Assembly: GCA_902628835.1 (NCBI GenBank)
Contig: CACOPD010000003.1
Location: 22,053 to 86,052 of the forward strand
Direction: 5' to 3'
Length of the DNA stretch: 64,000 bases
Origin: an uncultured Alphaproteobacteria bacterium
GTDB taxonomy: Bacteria > Pseudomonadota > Alphaproteobacteria > HIMB59 > GCA-002718135
Part shown: in pieces, positions 1 to 8,914 of the stretch
Layout of the letters: each line of letters begins with the position of its first letter
How positions within the stretch are numbered: position 1 is the stretch's first letter
Program-made: the position numbers and the translations under genes
Notes under the pieces: model-generated
Seen by the model: the letters and a program-made list of their open reading frames with translations, nothing else
What the model was told of the DNA's origin: nothing
Database searches by the model: none

Positions 1-3000
1 ATTGCTATTAATATTAACATCTCTACCTGCATGAAGATTCAAATTTCCTGTTCCTGTAACTGTTATGGCAGAGTCAATAGTAATATCAGTATTTGCCTGA
101 AGGGTTACATCCACCCCATTATTTAGAAATTCCTCTAATTCAGTTTTATTAATGACCACGTCATCACTTGAAAAATCCGTGTACGAGGTAGCCCCTCTCA
201 TGATAGTGTCAGACCATAAATATACTGCTCCTGTATTTGTAGCACCATTACTAAGACCATCATCAAGTGTAGATCCTGCAGCCATTAAAGTTCCAGTATC
301 GTCTAATGCAATGTAATTTGGAAAAGTATCACCATCTTCAAATCCATGGTCACTAATATCTACTGAATTAGTTCCTGACTGGTCAAAACCAATAGTAAAT
401 TGCAGACTTGCTTCATTTAAGGAAGTATCTTCAAATCCAAATATTCGAATATCACCGTCATTAAAATCACCCGTTGCTAATCTATTTCCATCACCATCAA
501 TAGCTACCTGGGCAACTCCCCAATCAGAAATTCCTGATGTGTCATAATTTTTACCACCTGTGTAATTATTCCCTATTGATGCTTCATATTTTGGGTTAGT
601 AAAATCTGAGTCATCAAAAGTAAATAAATGCACCGCTCCTTTATTAGAAGTAGTTCCGTTCGCTCCATCATCATTTGTTGAACTAACAGCTAAAATCTTT
701 CCATCTTTTGTTAATGCAAGTGAGTTTGCAAACTGATCATTATTATCCAAAAGGTCGTTAGTTGCACCTGATCCTATGTCTAAACTCTTAGTGCCTGAGT
801 AACCTACTCCAATTGTTCCTACATGTGTAGGGTTGGAAAAATTAGTATCATCAAATGTAATTAAATAAACAGCTCCTGCATTTGAGCTATTATTATCAGA
901 TCCATCATCCTTTATTGCTCCAACAACAAGACGTGATCCATCATCAGTTAGAGCTACAGCAGTAAAATCATCACCTGATCCTAAGTTTGCGATTGATAAA
1001 TCATGAGTCCCTGAATAGCCTTTTCCAATAGTTCCAATATGAGTTGGATTTGTAAAGTTTGTATCATCAAATTTTATTGTAAAAACTGATCCTGAGTCAA
1101 CGCTACCTGCACCTGAATCAGTATCTTTTTGAGATAAAACTAATCTATCTGCATCCCCATCAAGAGCTACTCGCCAGACTTTATCTCCATCAACTAAACT
1201 ACTTAGATCTAAACTGTAAGTCCCTGAATACCCTTTTCCAATAGTCCCTTTAAGTGTTGGGTTGGAGAAATTTGTATCATCAAATGTAAATAAATGAACT
1301 GCGCCAGCATCTGAATTACTTCCTCCATTTCCATCATCTTGACTTGTTGCAACAGCCAATCTATCACCATCACTGTCTAATGATACAGCGCGACCAAAAT
1401 TATCATTATCATCAAGATTAGCATCAATATCTAATGAATTACCTCCTGCACTACCATAACCAGCTCCAATATTTGCATAAAGAGATCCACCTGAAAAATT
1501 GTCATCAGTAAACTTAATTAGCATGACCTCTCCACTGTTAGATTTTGCATTACTATTACCATCGGCATACATTCCTGAAACAACAAGACGACTACCCGTC
1601 TCATTTAAATCGACACCTTCTCCATAAATATCCTTTGCTTCAATGGAAGAACTGAGATTTACATCTTTAGATTTAGTGCTATAGCCATTTCCAATTGTTC
1701 CAACCAATGTTGCTGATGCAAGGTTACTTGTTAAAGTATACAAGTTTACTGCTCCCGGCTTTCTTTTAGAGCCTGAGTCTTGTGTTTGATCATAAAATCC
1801 TACAACCAAACGATCTGCGTCTTTATCAAATGCTACTGAGTTACCAAACTTATCACTTCTAGCCAGTGGAACTGAGTGTTCACTTGCATCACTTGTATCT
1901 AAATAGTCATAACCTTCTCCAATTGTTCCAACGTATGTTGGTGTTCCTGTTGATCCTGAAATAAGATCTCCATTACCATCAACAAATTTAAATAAATGGA
2001 CTGCTCCAGAATCTCTATTTGTACTTGCTACAAGAGAACTATCATTACCATCGTTAAGTTCATTACCTATAGCTAATAAAGAACCATCATGGTTTAAAGA
2101 TACTGATTTACCAAGTTTATCATCTACCCTTGGTGTCCAGCCTCCCAATCGTGTATTGTAATCATTTTCGAATGTTGCACATTTACCATTATCAACACAT
2201 CCTCCAACTTTATATCTATAACCATAACCAATACGTGAAACTACTTTTCCTCCAGTAAAATCAGAGTCATCAAAACTAATCATGTAAACTGAACCTGTAT
2301 TATCTAGTGTGTTAACAGAACCTTTTCCTCTTCTCTCCCAACCATTATCACCATATAATCCAACAGCTAAAACATCGGCATCACCATCAAGAGCTACACC
2401 CATACCAAATAGATCATAATCACTAATTACCGGTCCACCTTTCCTGCCATTAATATTGCCCTGTTTGGCTAAGTTAACGTCTTTATCCATTGAAGTATAT
2501 CTGTGACCAATTCTTCCTACTACTTGCCCATTTGAGTAAGAAGTATCATCAAAGGTGATAAGGTAAACTGCACCTGCATTGGTCAAATTATTGCTAACTG
2601 CTCCACTGTCTCCTGATGCTCCAACAGCTAATCGAGTACCATCGCTATTAAAAGATAATGAACGGCCAAATTTATCAGCTTTACCAAGAGTATTTACATT
2701 AATATTTTTACCTCCAGTATAACCTTTTCCTATTCGACCCATTAGTGTGGCATTCGTAAAATCACCATCATCAAATTTATACAAATATACTTCTCCAGAA
2801 TCTTGACTTGAATTTGAAGATCCATCACCGTGTCTTGCACCAACTGCCATTAAAGTAGCATCATCACTAATCGTAACATCTGATCCAAAATGATCATTTT
2901 TTTCCAAGTTTCCTTCACCAACATTATTTGTTGATGCCACTATATAATCATGTCCAATCAGACCTCGATAGATCCAATTTTGAGATGTTACACCTGTTCC

Positions 3001-4608
3001 AACAGTAATATTTTTTGGATCAAGTAATAATTGGCCACCTTCTGATATATTGACATTAGATAATCCCACATGACGTAAGGTATCTTTGGAAGAAATTTCG
3101 ACTGCGCCACCTATTGTTCCTGTTGCATCAATATTACCAAGCATTGTTGTTTCCTGATCACTCCAAATAATTACTGTACCTGCTTTCCCATTTAAAGATG
3201 ATATATCGATACTAGAACCATCAGAGACTAAAACTGTTTTTGCATTTGTGAGTGATCGTCTTTCATTCCATCTATCAACAAAAACCTCTTGCTGCTCTGA
3301 AGTTCTTGTTAAGTTATTATTGCCTTGAAATTCTCCACCAATACGAACTAAACCTCCTTGGGTATTACCTGCAACATCAATCTTAGAAGATAATAAACGA
3401 ATGAAGCCTTCTGATTCTATGTCAATGTATCCACCTTGTTGATTTCCTTTTGCGGAAACTGAGCCAGAAGACATAATATTTGGTGCGGATAAAAGAATAT
3501 CACCACCATTGGTATTTCCTGATGAATTAATATCACTGCCATAACTTTGAACAATTTTATACTGAGATTTAATATTTATATCACCACCATTATTGCTGGT
3601 AGAAGAAGCATTTAAAATTCCTCCCAAAGAAATTTCTCCAGTGCTATTTAAATTTATTGCACCTGCATTTGTTCCAGATACATCAACTTCTCCTCCAAAA
3701 GATAAAAAGTCTCCTTCAACATTAATGTTGCCACCCTCTTTTGCCGTTAAGTTTCCTGCAACAACAATATCACTTCCACTTCCAAGAGTAATGACACCGT
3801 TTTGTTGCGAAGCCGTAGTTGCAACAAGATTACCTGGAATATTAACAGCACGCTGAACAACATTTTTGGCAGCACCAACATCAATATCTATTATATTTGC
3901 CGTTGATGTTCCTGTATTATTGATAATGGTATTTAATTCTTCTGCATTTTGATCGAGCAAGGTTATAGCTTCAGTAAAAGGGATGCTTACTTGTAAAAAT
4001 TTATCACCGCTTAAGTCTAACGTAATTTCTTTTCCAGCCCCCATTCCAATTTTACCAAGATTAGCGTTAAGTGTACCGTCATTATCAACGGCACCGCCTA
4101 ATAAGGCAGTAAAACCTCCATCTAATGTTGTAATAGAACCTTTATGAATAATAGAAGAAAAAATATTATCTACATCATCTAATTTAAATAATAATTTATT
4201 GTTAAGAAAATCATCATTGGATAAAGCAAGCGTTGATGCAGCAAAAGAATGAGCAGAAATAGTTGAGGTTGGTGTAAAATACACACCATTTTCATTGACA
4301 ACAAAAACTTTACCATTTGCATTTAATGAACCAGCAAGTGTAGTTGGATTACCTGAGATAACGCGGTTTAAAGCACTGGCATTAATAGAGGGTTGATTAA
4401 AAGTTACACTATTTTCCGCACCAATATCAAAACTATTCCATTCAATTATAGACTGTTGGGAAGACTGAGTAATGGTCATAGCATTATCAGATGAACTAAT
4501 GGAAATATTACCCGCAACTACATTTTCTCCACTTGGAAGATCTGCCGCATATAAAAATTGATGTTCTAAAAAAAGAAAAGAAATAAAAAAACTAATAATA
4601 TTTTTCAT
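1..4608 (-). CDS. Giant secreted exoprotein, 5' part only (at least 1536 codons; C-terminus lies beyond nt 1). It has a TPS (two-partner-secretion / haemagglutination-activity) N-terminal domain, then G/N/S-rich beta-helix-like repeats, then FG-GAP-like repeats.
   Basis: Absent from the supplied ORF track because it runs off the window edge. The minus-strand ATG is at 4608..4606 and the frame stays open to nt 1. I translated it by eye along its length and re-verified 17 separate 60-nt blocks without finding a stop. The N-terminus reads MKNIISFFISFLFLEHQFLYAADLPSGENVVAGNISISSSDNAMTITQSSQQSIIEWNSFDIGAENSVTFNQPSINASALNRVISGNPTTLAGSLNANGKVFVVNENGVYF. That is a signal-like segment followed by TPS hallmarks (WxSFxIG, FxQP, LNRV, ANGxVxxxNxNG). 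The last visible residues (…VTLQANTDITIDSAITVTGTGNLNLHAGRDVNINSN) look like FhaB/autotransporter-type passenger repeats. Confidence 0.8.
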   Translation of the reverse strand, partial: MKNIISFFISFLFLEHQFLYAADLPSGENVVAGNISISSSDNAMTITQSSQQSIIEWNSFDIGAENSVTFNQPSINASALNRVISGNPTTLAGSLNANGKVFVVNENGVYFTPTSTISAHSFAASTLALSNDDFLNNKLLFKLDDVDNIFSSIIHKGSITTLDGGFTALLGGAVDNDGTLNANLGKIGMGAGKEITLDLSGDKFLQVSIPFTEAITLLDQNAEELNTIINNTGTSTANIIDIDVGAAKNVVQRAVNIPGNLVATTASQQNGVITLGSGSDIVVAGNLTAKEGGNINVEGDFLSFGGEVDVSGTNAGAINLNSTGEISLGGILNASSTSNNGGDINIKSQYKIVQSYGSDINSSGNTNGGDILLSAPNIMSSGSVSAKGNQQGGYIDIESEGFIRLLSSKIDVAGNTQGGLVRIGGEFQGNNNLTRTSEQQEVFVDRWNERRSLTNAKTVLVSDGSSIDISSLNGKAGTVIIWSDQETTMLGNIDATGTIGGAVEISSKDTLRHVGLSNVNISEGGQLLLDPKNITVGTGVTSQNWIYRGLIGHDYIVASTNNVGEGNLEKNDHFGSDVTISDDATLMAVGARHGDGSSNSSQDSGEVYLYKFDDGDFTNATLMGRIGKGYTGGKNINVNTLGKADKFGRSLSFNSDGTRLAVGASGDSGAVSNNLTNAGAVYLITFDDTSYSNGQVVGRIGHRYTSMDKDVNLAKQGNINGRKGGPVISDYDLFGMGVALDGDADVLAVGLYGDNGWERRGKGSVNTLDNTGSVYMISFDDSDFTGGKVVSRIGYGYRYKVGGCVDNGKCATFENDYNTRLGGWTPRVDDKLGKSVSLNHDGSLLAIGNELNDGNDSSLVASTNRDSGAVHLFKFVDGNGDLISGSTGTPTYVGTIGEGYDYLDTSDASEHSVPLARSDKFGNSVAFDKDADRLVVGFYDQTQDSGSKRKPGAVNLYTLTSNLASATLVGTIGNGYSTKSKDVNLSSSIEAKDIYGEGVDLNETGSRLVVSGMYADGNSNAKSNSGEVMLIKFTDDNFSGGSLYANIGAGYGSAGGNSLDIDANLDDNDNFGRAVSLDSDGDRLAVATSQDDGNGGSNSDAGAVHLFTFDDTNFSNPTLKGTIGKGYSGTYSLDLSSLVDGDKVWRVALDGDADRLVLSQKDTDSGAGSVDSGSVFTIKFDDTNFTNPTHIGTIGKGYSGTHDLSIANLGSGDDFTAVALTDDGSRLVVGAIKDDGSDNNSSNAGAVYLITFDDTNFSNPTHVGTIGVGYSGTKSLDIGSGATNDLLDNNDQFANSLALTKDGKILAVSSTNDDGANGTTSNKGAVHLFTFDDSDFTNPKYEASIGNNYTGGKNYDTSGISDWGVAQVAIDGDGNRLATGDFNDGDIRIFGFEDTSLNEASLQFTIGFDQSGTNSVDISDHGFEDGDTFPNYIALDDTGTLMAAGSTLDDGLSNGATNTGAVYLWSDTIMRGATSYTDFSSDDVVINKTELEEFLNNGVDVTLQANTDITIDSAITVTGTGNLNLHAGRDVNINSN
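200..2900 (-). repeat. About 12 tandem protein-level FG-GAP-like repeats of roughly 65-95 aa inside the giant ORF (beta-propeller blades).
   Basis: The recurring pattern in the translation is (K/N/H)FG(R/N/S)S(V/L)S(L/F)xxDGxRLAVGAxxDDGxx(6-12)GAV(Y/H)L(F/I)TFDDTNF(S/T)NPTxxGTIGxGYSG. Examples are KFGRSLSFNSDGTRLAVGASGDSG…AGAVYLITFDD, NFGRAVSLDSDGDRLAVATSQDDG…AGAVHLFTFDDTNFSNPTLKGTIGKGYSG and LALTKDGKILAVSSTNDDGANGTTSNKGAVHLFTFDDSDF. Boundaries are approximate. Confidence 0.7.
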
Positions 4609-4684
4609 GATCTTAGTATCTGATTTTAAATTAAAAAAATTTAGTAACTATATCGAGCAAAATAAAGATTTCAACAAATCAGAA

Positions 4685-4711
4685 TAAAAAAACCCCCGTA
4701 GTTTGGGGGTT
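4685..4711 (-). terminator. Rho-independent terminator, read on the minus strand.
   Basis: The minus strand reads AACCCCC-AAACTAC-GGGGGTT followed by a T7 run. On the plus strand this is A7 at 4686-4692, CCCCC at 4693-4697 and GGGGG at 4705-4709. It sits 76 nt upstream of the giant ORF's ATG and downstream of a roughly 200-nt region with no ORF. Confidence 0.7.
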
Positions 4712-5006
4712 TTATAAATTCGGCTCATCACCTAATGCGAGGCCTTTTAAAAAAAGGTCTGCTTAATTTGCAAAGTTGGCTTTGGTTGTGGACACCACCC
4801 TTAAAGTGTTGGCGGATTCATTTTTGTAACTCCTTTTTGTTAAAGAGCACGATAACAATTTTAATGTATGAGATTCTGCGGTTCTAATCAAACAGAATAT
4901 TGGTAAAATCTAATACTAAAGTGTTTGTCAAATCAATTAAAAAAAGTAAAATTCACTATCTTTATTTCCCATTTCTTATAAATACCCCATCATAATATTT
5001 TCAACA

Positions 5007-5486
5007 ATGCAGATAGGCAAATACAAATACGAATTTGATTTCTTTAGTTGGATTAAAAAAACTGAACTAGTTGAACTAGACAGTGTTAATCCAGAAGACG
5101 ACCCCGTTCGTCCAGAATTGGATAATGATTTTAGGACGGCTAAGGGAAGAAAAATTTTTGGTCTTAAATATAAAGACGATATTGAAGGTGTAGCTTGCTT
5201 TGCATTTACAAAAGAAATACCAGCAACCATAAAAGAAATGGATCTGATGAGTGTAGAAGAAGATGAAGCGTCAATTCCAATCGCCTACACATTATGGTCT
5301 TTCAAAAAAGGTGCTGGTAAAAAAATTATGAAAGAGCTTCAAAAATATATTAAATCAAAAAAACAATTTGAAAGCATTATAACTATCTCACCTTTAACTC
5401 CAGTAGCTACTCATTATCATATTAGGAATGGTGCAAGATTAATAAAAATTAATCCAACAACTCAAAATTTCGAATATAAAATTTAA
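5007..5486 (+). CDS. Hypothetical protein, possibly with a GNAT-like acetyltransferase fold.
   Basis: 159-aa ORF. The segment IAYTLWSFKKGAGKKIMKELQKYI resembles GNAT motif A (Q/RxxGxG/A followed by a helix). I recognise no other family features. Confidence 0.45.
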   Translation: MQIGKYKYEFDFFSWIKKTELVELDSVNPEDDPVRPELDNDFRTAKGRKIFGLKYKDDIEGVACFAFTKEIPATIKEMDLMSVEEDEASIPIAYTLWSFKKGAGKKIMKELQKYIKSKKQFESIITISPLTPVATHYHIRNGARLIKINPTTQNFEYKI

Positions 5487-5495
5487 GTTCAAGGG

Positions 5496-5517
5496 GTTCA
5501 AAAATTATTATTTGAAC
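5496..5517 (+). terminator. Weak AT-rich hairpin downstream of the 159-aa ORF; possible terminator.
   Basis: GTTCAAA (5496-5502), 8 nt, then TTTGAAC (5511-5517), followed by TATTTATCTT. The stem is short and the tail imperfect. Confidence 0.3.
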
Positions 5518-5554
5518 TATTTATCTTACAAATCAAAAATAAATATTGTTAGAA

Positions 5555-6661
5555 ATGACCTACCAAATAAATACTAATTATTACGTTACTTTTGATGATA
5601 TTCTGCTTTCACCAGCGTATTCTGAGATTAAACCTAAAGACGTTGATACATCTATTACACTAGGAAAGTTAAAATTACATATTCCCATACTCTCCTCTGC
5701 TATGGACACAGTGACAGAGAATAAAATGGCTATCAATCTAGCACTTAATGGTGGTCTTGGTGTTATTCACCGCAATATGCCTATTGATAAACAAGCAAGT
5801 GAAGTTAAAAAAGTTCATGACTTTAAAGTTAACATCAAAAAATTTCAGAATGCTGTAATTAATTCTAATAAACAGATTGCAGTTGGAGCTGCAATCGGTG
5901 TTGAAAATAATGCCTATTTAAGATTACTAGAATTGTTAAAAGTCGGTGTTGATATAGTCTTTATTGATGTTGCTCATGCACATACAAAAACAACTTTACA
6001 GTTTATTGAAAAAGCAAAAAAAGTTTTAAAGAAAACTCCTCTTATTGTTGGCAACATTGCAACAAAAAAAGCTGCATCAGATTTAATTAGCGCAGGTGTT
6101 GATGCGATTAAAGTAGGTATTGGGCCTGGATCAATTTGCACAACAAGGGTTGTAACAGGTGTTGGTATTCCTCAGCTTTCAGCTGTGATGGATACATTTC
6201 AAATAGCAAAAAAATTTAAAATTCCTGTGATTGCCGATGGTGGAATTAAAACCTCAGGTGATATTGCAAAAGCTATAGCAGGTGGTGCAAGTGCTTGCAT
6301 GATAGGTTCTTTATTTGCTGGAACAGAAGAATCACCAGGAAAATTATTAACGATCAAAGGTAAAAAATATAAATCATATAGAGGTATGGGTTCTGTAGGG
6401 GCAATGCAAAAAGGGTCTTTTGATCGATACTCTCAGGAAGAAACAAAGAATGCAAAAAAATTAGTGGCAGAAGGTGTTGAGGGGATGGTTCCTTATAAAG
6501 GTAAAATAGAAGATGTGGCTTATCAACTTGTTGGTGGTTTAAAATCTTCTATGGGTTACACAGGACATAAAACAATTAAAAAAATGCAGGGCAATTGTGA
6601 ATTTGTATTTATATCTAAAGCAGGAGCCCGCGAAAGTAATGTCCATGATGTCATTATGTAA
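5555..6661 (+). CDS. guaB: IMP dehydrogenase catalytic core lacking the CBS/Bateman subdomain.
   Basis: Contains FDDILL…[17 protein letters not shown], the catalytic loop [42 protein letters not shown] and an IMPDH-type flap [10 protein letters not shown]…[14 protein letters not shown]. Only about 25 aa ([26 protein letters not shown]) separate HRNM…EVKKVHD from the VGAA strand, where the CBS pair normally sits. The track starts at TTG 5546. ATG 5555 (MTYQ…) is the more likely start. Confidence 0.85.
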   Translation: MTYQINTNYYVTFDDILLSPAYSEIKPKDVDTSITLGKLKLHIPILSSAMDTVTENKMAINLALNGGLGVIHRNMPIDKQASEVKKVHDFKVNIKKFQNAVINSNKQIAVGAAIGVENNAYLRLLELLKVGVDIVFIDVAHAHTKTTLQFIEKAKKVLKKTPLIVGNIATKKAASDLISAGVDAIKVGIGPGSICTTRVVTGVGIPQLSAVMDTFQIAKKFKIPVIADGGIKTSGDIAKAIAGGASACMIGSLFAGTEESPGKLLTIKGKKYKSYRGMGSVGAMQKGSFDRYSQEETKNAKKLVAEGVEGMVPYKGKIEDVAYQLVGGLKSSMGYTGHKTIKKMQGNCEFVFISKAGARESNVHDVIM

Positions 6662-6697
6662 TGATTCATTTAAACATCCTGTAATTATTAAATTAAA

Positions 6698-7748
6698 TTA
6701 TACTGCTAATTCTACTATTTTTTTCATAACAGTTGGTAAACCAGATTTAGAGTAAGTAGATTTTTTAATCCAATTAGCATTTGATAAACGAGCCTTTTTT
6801 ATATTGCCATAAAAAATTTCTGTTTCTAAATCAAAGTGACTAAAGGAATATTCAAGCGACCCTTTAGATTTTAATTTAGTCTTTATATTTTGGATATCCT
6901 GATCGGCAATTAATAAGTTTTTATTTTTAACCCAGTTATCATTTGGTACTTCAAGCATTGACGCTAACATACCTTTATTAGGTCTATTCCTTACAAGTAT
7001 TTCATTTTTTTTCATTAACTATTACATATGCACGGGTATATTTTATTTGCTTAATTGTTTTCTTTTTAAATTTTACAGGGATGTTGAGTTGTAAGTTCTT
7101 TTTATATGATTGGCAAAATTTATTCATACCACAAATAGCACATCTGGGGTTTCTAGGAAGGCATATTGCTGATCCATAATCCATAAAAGACTGGATTAGG
7201 TTAGAAGAATATTTATCTGATATGAATTTATTTGCTAAATCTTTCAATTCATTTTTTACTTTAATAATTGGTTGATCAATGGCGTGCAACCTAACTAAAA
7301 TTCTTTCTATATTTGCATCAAGAGGCATTACTGATTTATTGAATCCTATTCCTAGTATTGCTTTTGCAGTATAATCTCCAATACCAGGAAGTTGGATAAG
7401 CTCATCATAAGTTCGTGGTATTTTATTTTTAAAACTTTTATTAATTATTTTTGCCGTCTTTAATAAGTTTCTCGCTCTAGAATAATATCCAAGGCCTGAC
7501 CAAAATTTTAAAATTTCAGGCTCTGTAATTCGGGCAAGTTTATTTACCGAAGGCCACTTAAGAATGAAATCACTAAATTTATTTTTAACTGTATTTACTG
7601 TTGTTTGTTGTAGCATATATTCACTAACAAATACAAAATATGGATTGGCTAATGTTTTATTAGCTTTTTTCCTCCACGGCAGAATTCTAGCATTTACAGA
7701 ATACCATTTTAGTAAAAATTTTTTTACTTGTGTTTCGTGTTTAAACAT
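6698..7748 (-). pseudogene. mutY: A/G-specific adenine DNA glycosylase MutY, split into two ORFs by a +1 frameshift in an A8 homopolymer.
   Basis: ORF 7002..7748 carries the HhH-GPD and FCL cluster domains: WY…LPWR, SEYMLQQTTV, GLGYYSRARNL, LPGIGDYTAKAI and CLPRNPRCAICGMNKFC (C-x6-C-x2-C-x5-C). ORF 6698..7015 is the NUDIX-like C-terminal domain (EILVRNRPNKGMLASMLEVP…FSHFDLE). They meet at the minus-strand sequence ATG-AAAAAAAA-TGA (plus-strand T8 at 7005-7012). Removing one A gives a continuous …VIVNEKNEILVRNRP… reading frame. Confidence 0.75.
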
Positions 7749-7787
7749 ATTGCTTTCATAATTAGGTATTATAAATTATTTATGTAT

Positions 7788-8303
7788 ATGGACAAAAAAA
7801 ATATAAAACAAAAAAGAACATTTGTTCCACAATCTATCGGCGATACTCTTAGAAAGGTTAATAGAAAATTTTCCTCTAAATATAATCGAACTGAATTTAT
7901 TATTCATTCAAAATGGCCGGAAATTGTAGGTAAATATTTTTTAGCCTACTCAGAGCCGTTAAATGTTTCAAGAGTGCGGGATTTTGAAAATGACTTAGGT
8001 GAAACAGTATATAAAAATTACTTAAATGTCAGTGTCGCTCCAGCTGCGGCAATAGAATTTCAGCACTTCAAAGATACTATAATCGAAAAAATTAATACAT
8101 ATTTTGGTTATAAAGCTATAATTGACTTGAGAATTCAGCAAAATTACATACCTAAATATAATATTATGAAAAAGACTAAATCTCAGAAAATCAATAATGT
8201 TGAAAAAGAGTTTATTGAAAAAAATATTGAAGAGTTTCAAAATAATGAATTAAAAAAATCACTATTAAATTTAGGTAATAAAATTACAACTGAGGACAAA
8301 TAA
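7788..8303 (+). CDS. DUF721 / DciA-like protein.
   Basis: The segment WPEIVGKYFLAYSEPLNVS…YLNVSVAPAAAIEFQHFKDTIIEKINTYFGYKAIIDLRI matches the DUF721 pattern (W..ivG…P, L.v.v…a.elq, il..iN..~G). It sits beside mutY as in many alphaproteobacteria. The track start at 7728 overlaps the mutY 5' end. ATGs at 7782 and 7788 are more plausible. Confidence 0.65.
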   Translation: MDKKNIKQKRTFVPQSIGDTLRKVNRKFSSKYNRTEFIIHSKWPEIVGKYFLAYSEPLNVSRVRDFENDLGETVYKNYLNVSVAPAAAIEFQHFKDTIIEKINTYFGYKAIIDLRIQQNYIPKYNIMKKTKSQKINNVEKEFIEKNIEEFQNNELKKSLLNLGNKITTEDK

Positions 8304-8914
8304 TGAAAATTAAAATCACCCTTATTTCTATAATATTTTCACTGCTTTTAGTTAATGCCAGAGCAGATGATAACTCGATACTAGATATCAAAGATAATGA
8401 TTTTTATATTGGAGAAGAAAATGCTCCAATAACAATTATCGAGTATGCTTCTATGTCTTGTAGTCACTGTGCAGATTTTCACAATGATACTCTTGAAGAG
8501 TTAAAAAACGAGTACATTGATACAGGTAAAGTAAAGTTTGTTTTCCGTGATTTTCCTTTCAACTATCCTGCCCTTGCTGGAAGTATGATTTTGAGATGTG
8601 TGCCAGAAGATGTGAGATACGATTACATGAATGGTCTTTACAAATTACAAAAAAGTTGGGTTAATAGAGATCATACTAAAACAAAATCTGAGTTATATAA
8701 AATTATGCAAAGTGGCGGTATGCAACAAGACGATTTTGATGCATGTATAAGCAATGTTGATTTAGAGAATCAATTACTTGAAGGTGTAATGGAAGCTCAG
8801 AGAGAATATAAAATAGGTTCAACTCCATCATTCATTATTAATGGAGTGCTATATTCAGGTAATAAAAATATAAAAGAGTTTAGACAAATCATCGAGAAAA
8901 TATTATCACAATAG
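8303..8914 (+). CDS. Periplasmic DsbA-family thiol:disulfide oxidoreductase.
   Basis: Has a signal peptide (MKIKITLISIIFSLLLVNARA) and a CSHC thioredoxin-fold active site. Its length and C-terminal GSTPSFIING motif are typical of DsbA-like proteins. Confidence 0.8.
   Translation: MKIKITLISIIFSLLLVNARADDNSILDIKDNDFYIGEENAPITIIEYASMSCSHCADFHNDTLEELKNEYIDTGKVKFVFRDFPFNYPALAGSMILRCVPEDVRYDYMNGLYKLQKSWVNRDHTKTKSELYKIMQSGGMQQDDFDACISNVDLENQLLEGVMEAQREYKIGSTPSFIINGVLYSGNKNIKEFRQIIEKILSQ

Noticed and set aside
200-2900. Whether the periodic ~200-nt similarity in the first 3 kb is a non-coding tandem repeat, a satellite or a CRISPR-like array.
   Set aside because: The periodicity is at the protein level (FG-GAP-like units) within one continuous ORF. 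Units vary in length and are only loosely similar at the nucleotide level. There is no repeat-spacer architecture.
3593-3856. 87-aa plus-strand ORF, the only track ORF in the first 4.9 kb.
   Set aside because: It lies antisense inside the 1536-codon TPS exoprotein ORF. Its P/S/T/A-rich translation is the mirror of the G/N/S-rich repeats. It has no RBS or family features.
4690-4900. Possibility that the orphan intergenic element is a two-piece alphaproteobacterial tmRNA, SRP RNA or 6S RNA.
   Set aside because: I found no T-arm-like GGTTCGAATCC, no tRNA-like acceptor end and no plausible tag ORF ending in …LAA/VAA. The conserved SRP GGAAG/AGCA helix-8 motif is absent, and there is no long end-to-end pairing as in 6S RNA. 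It remains an unclassified element.
4976-5230. 84-aa minus-strand ORF overlapping the 5' half of the 159-aa plus-strand ORF.
   Set aside because: It has low-complexity S/L-rich sequence and overlaps a better-supported ORF. It has no SD and is most likely a shadow frame.
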